This document shows, piece after piece, positions 9,706 through 18,320 of a stretch of 64,000 nucleotides of DNA. Origin of the DNA: an uncultured Candidatus Binatia bacterium (GTDB lineage Bacteria > Desulfobacterota > Binatia > UBA9968 > JAJDTQ01); the NCBI GenBank assembly GCA_965242525.1, contig OZ251459.1, positions 2,656,001 through 2,720,000 on the forward strand, read 5' to 3'. Within the stretch, counting starts at the first letter, position 1; every line of letters starts with the position of its first letter. Position numbers and translations under genes: made by a program. A model generated the notes under the pieces. It ran no database searches, had not been told where the DNA came from, and worked only from the letters and a program-made list of their open reading frames with translations.

Positions 9706-9740
9706 CATGCTCGAAGGTTTCGTCGAGAAGATCATGCCCC

Positions 9741-9769
9741 ATGATACACCGCGGCGATGGCCAAGTGAA
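9741..9769 (-). promoter_or_regulatory. Putative sigma70 promoter for the SBP gene (possibly leaderless at ATG 9735)
   Basis: Minus strand TTCACT-N17-TATCAT; ATG 6 nt downstream. Confidence 0.4.
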
Positions 9770-9948
9770 CACTTGGCGCGGCGTCGCGTGCCTGCCTTGC
9801 ACATGGTTGGCGACCGGACGAGGCTGTGGCCTGCGGCGGCCTCGGGCTGCCCACCGCTGCCGGAGTCCCAAAGGGACTGCGCTGTTGCACACTGAACCAA
9901 TCAGGAGTAAACTCCTGTCTGGTTAGACCAATCGGGAGTGCGCTACCG

Positions 9949-11094
9949 ATGAGTTTCCACCGACTCCTCACGATGGACTTGCCTCCGGGGCGGTCTGCGT
10001 TCCTCTGGGGGGCGCGTCAGACCGGCAAATCGACGTTCCTTCGCGAGCGGTTCCCGGACAGCGTTTACGTCGATCTGCTCGACGCCGACACCGTGTTGCG
10101 CCTCGGCGCCCGCCCTACGCGGCTTGGCGAGGAACTGCAATCCGCGCCGGCAGCCCTTGCCCATCCCGTCATCATCGACGAAGTCCAGAAGGCGCCGGGG
10201 CTGCTCGACGAGGTGCACCGGCTGATCGAGAACCGCGGCCTGTCGTTCGTGCTCTGCGGCTCGAGCGCCCGGAAGCTGAGGCGCGCGGGGGTCAACCTGC
10301 TGGGCGGCCGCGCCTGGCGCTTCGAGTTGTTTCCCCTCACCTGGGCGGAGATACCGGACTTCGACCTCCTGCAGGCGTTGAACCGCGGCCTGCTCCCCGG
10401 CGTCTATTCCGAGCCGCGTTTCCGGCGGTCGCTGGCCGCCTACGTGCGCGACTACCTCACCCAGGAGATCGTCAACGAGGGCCTGACCCGCAACCACGCC
10501 GCCTTCACGCGGTTCTTCGAGACGTTGCGGTTCTGTCACGGCGAACTGCTGAACTACGCAGCCATCGCCCGCGACTGCGGCGTCGAGGCGAAGACCGTGC
10601 GCGCCTACTTCGAGATCCTCCAGGACACGCTCGTGGGTTACCTGATCTACCCGTTCCACCGTCGCACGGGCCGCCAGAGCATCTCCGCGGCGCCCAAGTT
10701 CTACCTCTTCGACGTGGGCGTGGCCGGGCAGGTGTGCGGGAGGACCCTGACCGCCGCGGGGGGAGCGGAGTTCGGGCGCGCCTTCGAACATTTCCTGCTG
10801 CTGGAGATCATCGCCGCCCGCAGTTATCGGGAAATGGAGTACCCCATCGAGTTCTGGCGCACCAAGAGCGGCCTGGAGGTCGATTTCGTGCTCGACCGCG
10901 GCGCGGTGGCGGTGGAAGCCAAGGCCCGGGTGCGCAGCGGCGACCTGCGGCCCATCAGGGCCTTCGTGGAGGAATTCGCGCCGCGCAGGGCCATCGTCGT
11001 CACCGCGGAAGCCGACCGCCGCCGGGTCCACGGCATCGACGTCATGCCCTACCACGAGTTCCTGGAAATGCTGCACGCCGGTGAAATCGTCTGA
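9949..11094 (+). CDS. AAA_14 ATPase + DUF4143 domain protein
   Basis: GARQTGKST, IIDEVQK, CGSSAR, LLGGRA, PKFYLFDVG, FWRTKSGLEVDFV, VEAK. Confidence 0.9.
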   Translation: MSFHRLLTMDLPPGRSAFLWGARQTGKSTFLRERFPDSVYVDLLDADTVLRLGARPTRLGEELQSAPAALAHPVIIDEVQKAPGLLDEVHRLIENRGLSFVLCGSSARKLRRAGVNLLGGRAWRFELFPLTWAEIPDFDLLQALNRGLLPGVYSEPRFRRSLAAYVRDYLTQEIVNEGLTRNHAAFTRFFETLRFCHGELLNYAAIARDCGVEAKTVRAYFEILQDTLVGYLIYPFHRRTGRQSISAAPKFYLFDVGVAGQVCGRTLTAAGGAEFGRAFEHFLLLEIIAARSYREMEYPIEFWRTKSGLEVDFVLDRGAVAVEAKARVRSGDLRPIRAFVEEFAPRRAIVVTAEADRRRVHGIDVMPYHEFLEMLHAGEIV

Positions 11095-11127
11095 GGCGCC
11101 GGCGGCTGCTCCGAGGGACCGGGCCGA

Positions 11128-11156
11128 TTGGCATTCCCGCCCCTCGTTTGTATAGT
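11128..11156 (+). promoter_or_regulatory. Putative sigma70 promoter of the acyl-CoA dehydrogenase operon
   Basis: TTGGCA-N17-TATAGT. Confidence 0.5.
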
Positions 11157-11167
11157 TGCGGGCGCCC

Positions 11168-12331
11168 ATGATGGACTTCACCCTGACCGACGAGCAGGCG
11201 CAACTCCGGGAGGAGATCGGCAAGGTCTGCCAGGACTTTGCCGACCCCTACTGGCGCGAGGTGGATGCCAAGGGCGAGTATCCGGAGGCTTTCGTGCAGA
11301 GGCTGACGGAGTTGGGCTGGCTTGCCGCGCTGGTCCCCGAAGAGTACGGCGGCGCCGGACTCGGCGTCACCGAAGCGAGCATCATCCTGGAGGCCGTCAA
11401 CCGCTGGGGCGGCAACTCCACCGCGTGCCACGCGCAGATGTACACCATGGGCACGCTGCTGCGCCACGGCAGCGAGGAGCAGAAGCGGCGCTACCTGCCC
11501 GGGGTGGCCAGCGGGGAGCTCCGGCTCCAGGCCTTCGGCGTCACCGAGCCCGACTCGGGCTCCGAGACCACGCGCATCCGCACCACCGCCGTGCGCAGCG
11601 GCGACCGTTACGTGGTCAACGGGCGCAAGGTCTTCATCTCCCGCGTGCTCCAGTCGGACCTGATGTTGCTGCTGGCCCGGACCACGCCCTACGACGAGCT
11701 TTCGGACAAGACCCGGGGGCTGTCGGTCTTCTTGGTGGACTTGAGGGACGCGGGCGGCGCCATGGAGGTGACGCCCCTGGACCTGATGATCAACCACCAC
11801 GCCAACGCCCTCGTGTTCTCGGACCTGGAAGTCCCCGTGGAGAACCTCGTTGGCGAGGAAGGGATGGGCTTCCGTTACATCATCGACGGGTGGAACGCCG
11901 AGCGCATACTGATCGCCGCGGAGGCGGTGGGGGACGGCCGGTGGTTCGTGGAACGGGCGTCGCGCTACGCCGGCGAGCGGCAGGTGTTCGGCCGGCCCAT
12001 CGGCGCCAACCAGGGCGTCCAGTTCCCCATCGCCCAGGCATATGCGCACATCGAGGCGGCGGACCTGGTGCGCTACCACGCCGCCTCGAAGTTCGACCGG
12101 GGCGAGCGTTGCGGCGCCCAGGCGAACATGGCCAAGCTGCTGGCGTCGGAAGCGGCGTGGGAAGCGGCCAACGCCTGCATGACCGCCCACGGCGGCTACG
12201 GGTTCTCGGTGGACTACGACGTGGAGCGGAAGTTCCGCGAGACCCGGCTGCTGACCGTCGCGCCGGTGAGCAACAACCTGGTGCTGGCCTACCTGGGGCA
12301 GCACGTGCTGGGCATGCCGCGGTCCTACTGA
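11168..12331 (+). CDS. Acyl-CoA dehydrogenase family protein
   Basis: PEEYGGAG, FGVTEPDSGS, NGRKVFIS, RQVFGRPIGANQ, HGGYG. Confidence 0.93.
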   Translation: MMDFTLTDEQAQLREEIGKVCQDFADPYWREVDAKGEYPEAFVQRLTELGWLAALVPEEYGGAGLGVTEASIILEAVNRWGGNSTACHAQMYTMGTLLRHGSEEQKRRYLPGVASGELRLQAFGVTEPDSGSETTRIRTTAVRSGDRYVVNGRKVFISRVLQSDLMLLLARTTPYDELSDKTRGLSVFLVDLRDAGGAMEVTPLDLMINHHANALVFSDLEVPVENLVGEEGMGFRYIIDGWNAERILIAAEAVGDGRWFVERASRYAGERQVFGRPIGANQGVQFPIAQAYAHIEAADLVRYHAASKFDRGERCGAQANMAKLLASEAAWEAANACMTAHGGYGFSVDYDVERKFRETRLLTVAPVSNNLVLAYLGQHVLGMPRSY

Positions 12332-12336
12332 CGGGA

Positions 12337-12470
12337 GGAACCTCTGAACGATCGAGACGTCCGGGACGGATTCCCTCACTCTGACCCTCCTGTTCCCGTT
12401 CGTCCCGAGCGTAGCGAAGCGGAGTCGAAGGACGCTCCCATGCCCTTTGTCCCGGTTGTCCAGAGGTTCC
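12337..12470. mobile_element. IS5-like MITE (134 bp)
   Basis: GGAACCTCTGAACGATCG ... CGGTTGTCCAGAGGTTCC; perfect 4-bp TSD GGGA (12333-12336, 12471-12474). Confidence 0.85.
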
Positions 12471-12531
12471 GGGAACAGGACGGTCCGCCGAGGTTTCCCC
12501 CCTCGGCCCGGACCGGAGACAGGACGCCTCC

Positions 12532-13410
12532 ATGGATTTGCAACGTTCCTGGATGTTCGTTCCGGGCCACCGGCAACGGATGATCGACAAGGCATTGGGG
12601 CTGGACGCGGACGCCCTCATGCTGGACATCGAGGACGGCGTGGCTCCCGCGGAGAAGGACCAGGCCCGGCGGCTCATCGGCGAGGCCTTGGCGCGGGAAC
12701 GCCAGCCGCGGGAGCCGTTGCGGTTCGTGCGCGTCAACGCCATCGGACACCGGCGCATGGAGGACGACTTGGCCGCGGTGCTGCGCCCCGGGCTCGACGG
12801 GCTGGTCCTGCCCAAGGTGGAGACCCCGGCGGAGGTCGCCGCGGTGGAGTCCCGGGTGGCGGCCCACGAGGCGGCTTGCGGCGCCCGGTTGAAACTCCTG
12901 GTGGCCATCGAGAGCCCTGCGGGGCTGCTGGCGGCGCCTACCATCGCCTCGTGCTCGGATCGGGTGGCGGGCCTCATGTTCGGCGCCGAGGACTTCGGGC
13001 GGGAGCTGGGGCTGCCCGCGTCCCGGCAGGGGGAAGCGCAGGATCTCCTGTATGCGCGCTCGGCGCTGGTGGTGGCCGCGGCTTCGGCCCGGGTCCAGGC
13101 GGTGGACGGGGTGTGGGTGGACCTGCGAGACCCCGAAGGCCTGGAGCGCTTCGCCCTGCAGTCGCGGCGGCTGGGCTTCACCGGCATGTCGTCCATCCAT
13201 CCGTCGCAGGTGGCGCCCATCAACGCGGTCTTCCGCCCCGGGGCGGAGGAGATCGACTACGCCCGAAAGGTCATCGCCGCATACGAGGAGGCGGCCGCCC
13301 GAGGCGACGGATCGGTGGCTTTCGGCGGTCAGCTCATCGACCGTCCCATCATCGAGCGGGCGCGCCGGACCCTGGAACTCGCCCGCTCCCTGACCGACGA
13401 AGAACCTTGA
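12532..13410 (+). CDS. CoA-ester lyase, citrate lyase beta subunit (CitE/HpcH) family
   Basis: RSWMFVPG, LDIEDGV, VRVN, LPKVE, IESPAG, FGAEDF, IHPSQV. Confidence 0.9.
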   Translation: MDLQRSWMFVPGHRQRMIDKALGLDADALMLDIEDGVAPAEKDQARRLIGEALARERQPREPLRFVRVNAIGHRRMEDDLAAVLRPGLDGLVLPKVETPAEVAAVESRVAAHEAACGARLKLLVAIESPAGLLAAPTIASCSDRVAGLMFGAEDFGRELGLPASRQGEAQDLLYARSALVVAAASARVQAVDGVWVDLRDPEGLERFALQSRRLGFTGMSSIHPSQVAPINAVFRPGAEEIDYARKVIAAYEEAAARGDGSVAFGGQLIDRPIIERARRTLELARSLTDEEP

Positions 13411-13423
13411 GGAGGACGCACAC

Positions 13424-14242
13424 ATGCCGGAAGTGGAGAACGCAGAGAACGTCCGTTGCCTGACCGCGGCCAACCCCGGCTACATGACCCTCAAGGGAAC
13501 GAACCAGTACCTGCTGGGCCGGGGGGAGGTCACGGTCATCGACGTGGCCTTGGGCTCGGACGCCAACCTCGACGGGCTGCTGGCCGAGATGGAGGCTCTG
13601 GGCGGGACCCGCATCAGCCGCATCCTGCTCACCCACGTCCACCTGGACCACTGCGGCGGCGCGCTGGCCTTGAAGCAGCGGACGGGCGCGGAGGTGGGCG
13701 TCTCGCAGGTGCGCGCGGGCCATCTCGGTTGCGAGGACTTCACCTACGCGGAGGGAGACCGCATCGCCTACGATGGCGGGGAGCTGGAGGTGGTGTTCAC
13801 TCCGGGGCACGAGGCGGGGCATTGCTGCTTCTACGAGCCGGAGCGGAAGATCCTCTTCTCCGGCGACCACATCCTCGGCAAGGGCACCACGGTGGTGCCG
13901 GCCGGCGAAGGCAACATGGCCGACTACATGGCGTCCCTGGAGAAGCTGCTGTCGCTGGACATCCGCCTGTTGCTTCCGGGGCACGGCCCGTTCGTCACCG
14001 ACCCCCTGGGGAAGATCCGGGAGTACATCGACCACCGGGTCCTGCGGGAGGAGCAGATCCTCCGGGGGCTGCGGGAAGGGCGGCGCACCATCGGCGACTT
14101 GGTGGCGGCCATCTACGCGGACTACCCGTCGGCGTTGATGCGCGTGGCCCACTCGTCGGTGGAGGCCCACCTGCTGAAGCTCGTGGCCGAGGGACGGGTG
14201 CGCCGGGAGGGCGACCGGTATCTTCCGGGCGGCGGCGCCTGA
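13424..14242 (+). CDS. MBL-fold metallo-hydrolase (LACTB2-like)
   Basis: NPGYMTLKGTNQY, THVHLDH, TPGH, FSGDH, PGHG. Confidence 0.9.
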   Translation: MPEVENAENVRCLTAANPGYMTLKGTNQYLLGRGEVTVIDVALGSDANLDGLLAEMEALGGTRISRILLTHVHLDHCGGALALKQRTGAEVGVSQVRAGHLGCEDFTYAEGDRIAYDGGELEVVFTPGHEAGHCCFYEPERKILFSGDHILGKGTTVVPAGEGNMADYMASLEKLLSLDIRLLLPGHGPFVTDPLGKIREYIDHRVLREEQILRGLREGRRTIGDLVAAIYADYPSALMRVAHSSVEAHLLKLVAEGRVRREGDRYLPGGGA

Positions 14243-14316
14243 CGAAGCCGGGAGCCTGTCCGAGCAAGCGAATGGTAGCGAGAGGCAGGCAAGGGCGCCC
14301 GGGATCGGGATCCGCC

Positions 14317-15024
14317 TCAGGGCTCCACCGCTGGCCACTTTTCCACCACCATGGCCGGGAAGCCTTCCCGTGACAGGCGGGCGGCGTATTCCCTGGCCTC
14401 GGAATGATCGTCGAAGGTCCCGAGCCGGACCCGGTGGTAGCCCGCGTGGGGCTCGATGACCACCGGCCGGTCGTAGCGGCTCTCGAGTCGCGCTTTCAAC
14501 TCACGGGCCTTGTCCGGGTCCGCGAACGCCCCCAACTGCAAGGTGTAGTCGAGCCGGTCGGGGATGGCCGTGAGTTCCCGGCCGCCGGTGTCCAGCACCT
14601 CCACCCGCACCGGCGCCGTTCCCGGCCCGATCATGTCCACCGCCTGGGCCGCGGCATAGGAAAGGTCGATCACCCGCCCCTTGACGAACGGCCCGCGGTC
14701 GTTGACCAGCACGGTCACCGACTTGCCGTTGGCCAGGTTCGTGACCCGGACGCTCGACCCCAGCGGCAGGGTCTGGTGCGCCGCGGTCATCCCGTACTGG
14801 TCATAGACGGCGCCGCTGGTGGTCTTCTTCCCGTGGAAGCCGGGACCGTACCAGGATGCGATCCCCCGTTGCGAAAGCTCCACGGACGGCTCCCCGACGC
14901 CGGGCGAAGGGGCAGGCGCCGGAGGCTCCGGCGCCGAAGGCGCGCAGCCCGAAAGCAGGAAGAGGACGACCGCGGCGCAAGGCAAGGAGCCTGCGCCCCG
15001 CGGCCAGGGACGTGCAGAAACCAT
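14317..15024 (-). CDS. rlpA: Septal ring lytic transglycosylase RlpA (DPBB + SPOR lipoprotein)
   Basis: Lipobox LSGC; [31 protein letters not shown]; SPOR motif LQLGAF. Confidence 0.92.
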   Translation of the reverse strand: MVSARPWPRGAGSLPCAAVVLFLLSGCAPSAPEPPAPAPSPGVGEPSVELSQRGIASWYGPGFHGKKTTSGAVYDQYGMTAAHQTLPLGSSVRVTNLANGKSVTVLVNDRGPFVKGRVIDLSYAAAQAVDMIGPGTAPVRVEVLDTGGRELTAIPDRLDYTLQLGAFADPDKARELKARLESRYDRPVVIEPHAGYHRVRLGTFDDHSEAREYAARLSREGFPAMVVEKWPAVEP

Positions 15025-15170
15025 CGCCCCCTGATTATAGCGCAACGCCGCCCGCATGGAAGCGGTACGCCCGCCGGCGCTTACGGTGTGGGGGGAATTA
15101 TGGTACTTTTCTCACAGGTCCGCGGACGAGAACCGCGGGATCCAGTCCCGTTCGAGGAGAAGGCGGCGTC

Positions 15171-15917
15171 ATGTCCGGACATTCCAAATGGAGCACCATC
15201 AAGCACAAGAAGGCTGCCAAGGACGCCAGGAGAGGCAAGCTGTTCACCAAGTTCATCAAGGAGATCACCGTGGCCGCGCGCATGGGCGGGGGAGACGCGG
15301 CCACCAACCCGCGGCTGCGCACCGCGGTGCAGACGGCCCGTGACAACAGCATGCCCAACGACAACATCGAGCGCGCCATCAAGAAGGGCACTGGCGAGCT
15401 CGAAGGGGTCTCCTACGAAGAGGTCAGCTACGAGGGCTACGGACCCGGGGGGGCCGCCTTCCTGGTGCAGGCATGGACCGACAACCGCAACCGCACGGTG
15501 TCGGACATCCGGCGGCTGTTCTCCAAGCACGGCGGAAGCCTGGGCGAGACCGGCTGCGTGGCGTGGATGTTCGACAGCAAGGGGCTCATCGTGGTGTCCA
15601 GGGACGCGGTGGAGGAAGAGGCGTTGTTGGGGCTGGCCCTGGAGGCCGGGGCGGAGGACGTGACCGAAAGCGACGACGTGTTCGAGGTCCTCACCCGGCC
15701 CGAGGACTTCGCCGCGGTGCGGGAGAGCCTCGAGAACGGGAAGGTCCCCATGCTCTCGGCCGAAGTAACCATGATCCCCAAGAACACCATGAAGCTCGGC
15801 GAGAGGGAAGCCGAGCAGACCCTCAGCCTCACCGAAGACCTCGAGGACCTCGACGATGTCCAGAGCGTTGCGGCGAACTTCGACATCCCGGCCGACCTCC
15901 TCGAGAAGACCGGCTGA
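15171..15917 (+). CDS. yebC: YebC/PmpR family protein
   Basis: [34 protein letters not shown]. Confidence 0.97.
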   Translation: MSGHSKWSTIKHKKAAKDARRGKLFTKFIKEITVAARMGGGDAATNPRLRTAVQTARDNSMPNDNIERAIKKGTGELEGVSYEEVSYEGYGPGGAAFLVQAWTDNRNRTVSDIRRLFSKHGGSLGETGCVAWMFDSKGLIVVSRDAVEEEALLGLALEAGAEDVTESDDVFEVLTRPEDFAAVRESLENGKVPMLSAEVTMIPKNTMKLGEREAEQTLSLTEDLEDLDDVQSVAANFDIPADLLEKTG

Positions 15918-15941
15918 CGCGGACGGGGTCGGAGAAGGAAG

Positions 15942-16499
15942 ATCGTCACGATCCTGGGCATAGACCCCGGAACCGTCAAGACCGGTTGGGGCGTGGTCCG
16001 GTCGGACGGCAGCCGCCTGGAGCACGTGGCCCACGGCACGGTCCGGGCGTCTCCCGGCCAGTCCCAGGACCGGCGCCTCCACCGGATACACACGGAGTTG
16101 GCCGAAGTCATCCGTCGGCACGAGCCCGCGTGCGTCAGCCTGGAGAAGGTCTTCCTCGCGCGCAACGCCCAGAGCGCCCTGAAGCTCGGCCAGGTGCGCG
16201 GGGTGGCGCTGCTGGCCGCGGCCCAGGGCAGCGTCCCCGTGTCCGAGTACAACTCGGTCCAGGTCAAGAAGGCGCTCACCGGGTACGGGCACGCGGGCAA
16301 GGGCCAGATGCAGCAAATGGTCGCCGCCATCCTCCGCCTTGCCGACGAACCCCAGGAGGACGCGGCCGACGCTCTGGCGGCCGCCATATGCCACGGCCAC
16401 CTGAGCGCTTACGGGAGCAGGGTGCTGGCGGCCGCGGGGCGGACGGGGAGGAGCTCCCGGGGGTTGCGCTGGGGGGCGGATGCCCTGTCCCGCCGGTAG
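15942..16499 (+). CDS. ruvC: Holliday junction resolvase RuvC (no canonical start upstream of GIDPG; start uncertain)
   Basis: ILGIDPG, EKVF, KLGQVRG, VKKALTGYG, DAADALAAAICH; lies between yebC and ruvA. Confidence 0.9.
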   Translation: MVTILGIDPGTVKTGWGVVRSDGSRLEHVAHGTVRASPGQSQDRRLHRIHTELAEVIRRHEPACVSLEKVFLARNAQSALKLGQVRGVALLAAAQGSVPVSEYNSVQVKKALTGYGHAGKGQMQQMVAAILRLADEPQEDAADALAAAICHGHLSAYGSRVLAAAGRTGRSSRGLRWGADALSRR

Positions 16500-16589
16500 T
16501 CCGCGGATGCCGGGAGCCTCCGCGGGCCGCAAGGCCCTGGGGGTTTCCGGTGGAACGCCGGGCGTCCCCCGGTCGTCACGGATCCCGTC

Positions 16590-17174
16590 GTGATCGCCAA
16601 GGTTCGCGGAACCCTGGACCACAAGGAGCCGGGCGAGGTGGTCGTGGACGTCGGCGGCGTCGGCTACCAACTGTCCATCGCGCTGAGCGTGTTCTACCGG
16701 CTGCCGGAGGTGGGCGAGCCCGTGACGCTGCTCGCGTACACCCATGTCCGGGAAGACTCCCTCCAGTTGTTCGGCTTCTTCGACCCCGCGGAGAAGCAGG
16801 TCTTCGTGCTCCTGACCGGGGTGTCGGGCATCGGTCCCCGGCTGGCCCTGAACATCCTTTCGGGCATGGCGGCCGACGAGTTGCTGGGGGCCCTCAAGGA
16901 CGGCGACGTGGCCCGGCTGGTGTCCATCCCCGGGGTGGGCAAGCGCCTGGCGGATCGCATGATCGTGGAGTTGCGTGATAGGATAACGACGCTTCCGGAA
17001 GCCGCGCCGGACCCGGCCGCGGACCCGGGCGTCAGGGCCGACGCCCTGTCGGCGCTGTCGAACCTGGGGTATCGCCGCGCCGATGCGGAGGGGGTCGTGC
17101 GGCAGGTGCTGCGCAAGGGAGCGTCCGACCTGGAAACCGTGCTCAAGGAAGCCCTCCGCCTGCTCAGCCGGTAG
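16590..17174 (+). CDS. ruvA: Holliday junction branch migration protein RuvA
   Basis: DVGGVGY, VREDSLQLFGF, VSGIGPRLA, IPGVGK, ALSNLGY. Confidence 0.96.
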   Translation: MIAKVRGTLDHKEPGEVVVDVGGVGYQLSIALSVFYRLPEVGEPVTLLAYTHVREDSLQLFGFFDPAEKQVFVLLTGVSGIGPRLALNILSGMAADELLGALKDGDVARLVSIPGVGKRLADRMIVELRDRITTLPEAAPDPAADPGVRADALSALSNLGYRRADAEGVVRQVLRKGASDLETVLKEALRLLSR

Positions 17175-17207
17175 CGGACCGGCGGGCTGCGCAGCGGACC
17201 TCCGTTC

Positions 17208-18245
17208 ATGGAAAGCAGGATCATCTCTCCCGCGGGCGCCGAAGAGGACGTCGTTTACGACAACAGCCTCCGGCCTCGACGGTTCAGCGAGTACGTCGGA
17301 CAGGACAAGGTCAAGGCGAACCTGGGGGTGGCCATCACCGCGGCCAAACGGCGCGGGGACGTCCTGGACCACCTGCTCTTCCACGGGCCTCCCGGCCTGG
17401 GCAAGACCTCGCTGGCGCACCTCATCTCCAGGGAGATGGAGGTGGACATCCGGCCCACCTCGGGTCCGGTGGTGGAGCGGCCCGGGGACCTCGCCGCGTT
17501 GCTCACCAACCTCGACGCGGGGGACATCCTGTTCATCGACGAGATCCACCGCCTCAACCACGTGGTGGAGGAAGTGCTGTACCCCGCCATGGAGGACTTC
17601 CAGGTGGACGTCATGATCGGCCAGGGACCAGGGGCCAAGTCCATCAAGCTGGAGCTCAAGCGCTTCACCCTGATCGGCGCCACCACCCGTTCGGGGTTGT
17701 TGACCCCGGCCTTGCGCAACCGTTTCGGCGCGGTGTTCCGCCTGGACTTCTACGAGCCCGCGGTGCTGGCCGCGCTGCTCGCCCGGTCCGCGTCTCTGCT
17801 GGGGGTGGACGGCGACGAAGAGGGTTTCCTGGAGATCGCGCGCCGGTCCCGGGGCACCCCGCGCATCGCCAACCGGCTGTTGCGGCGGGTCCGGGACTAC
17901 GCGGAAGTCCATGCCGAGGGAAGGATCACCCGGCCGGTGGCGTGCCATGCCCTGGAGATGCTGGAGGTGGACGAGCAGGGCTGCGACAAGATGGACACCC
18001 TGATCCTGGCCACCATCATCGACAAGTTCGACGGCGGCCCCGTGGGGCTGGACACCCTCGCCGCGGCCATCGGCGAGGAAAGGGGCACCGTAGAGGACGC
18101 GTACGAGCCGTACCTGATCCAGGCGGGCTTCCTGGAACGGCGGCCCCAGGGCCGGGTGGCCACGCCGGTGGCCTACCGGCACCTGGGAAGGTCCCAGTCC
18201 GAGTCGCGCATGGACCGGGAGAAACGGCAGAAGCGGCTGTTGTGA
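17208..18245 (+). CDS. ruvB: Holliday junction DNA helicase RuvB
   Basis: [44 protein letters not shown]. Confidence 0.98.
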   Translation: MESRIISPAGAEEDVVYDNSLRPRRFSEYVGQDKVKANLGVAITAAKRRGDVLDHLLFHGPPGLGKTSLAHLISREMEVDIRPTSGPVVERPGDLAALLTNLDAGDILFIDEIHRLNHVVEEVLYPAMEDFQVDVMIGQGPGAKSIKLELKRFTLIGATTRSGLLTPALRNRFGAVFRLDFYEPAVLAALLARSASLLGVDGDEEGFLEIARRSRGTPRIANRLLRRVRDYAEVHAEGRITRPVACHALEMLEVDEQGCDKMDTLILATIIDKFDGGPVGLDTLAAAIGEERGTVEDAYEPYLIQAGFLERRPQGRVATPVAYRHLGRSQSESRMDREKRQKRLL

Positions 18246-18320
18246 GCGCGGCGGTCCCTTTGCGCTTTGCCGGCGCAAGCGATAGCATGTCCTTTGGGAG
18301 CAAGCAGTCGGGTCATTCCC

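Noticed and set aside
15915-15917. Selenocysteine readthrough fusing YebC and RuvC
   Set aside because: The TGA is at the normal YebC end, not at a Cys-equivalent position, and no convincing SECIS was seen.
15081-18278. Very long antisense/overlapping ORFs (also 24326-27610, 34206-36887, 4792-7323, 56839-58749 and others)
   Set aside because: They are shadow frames of well-conserved genes in high-GC DNA, with no recognisable motifs.
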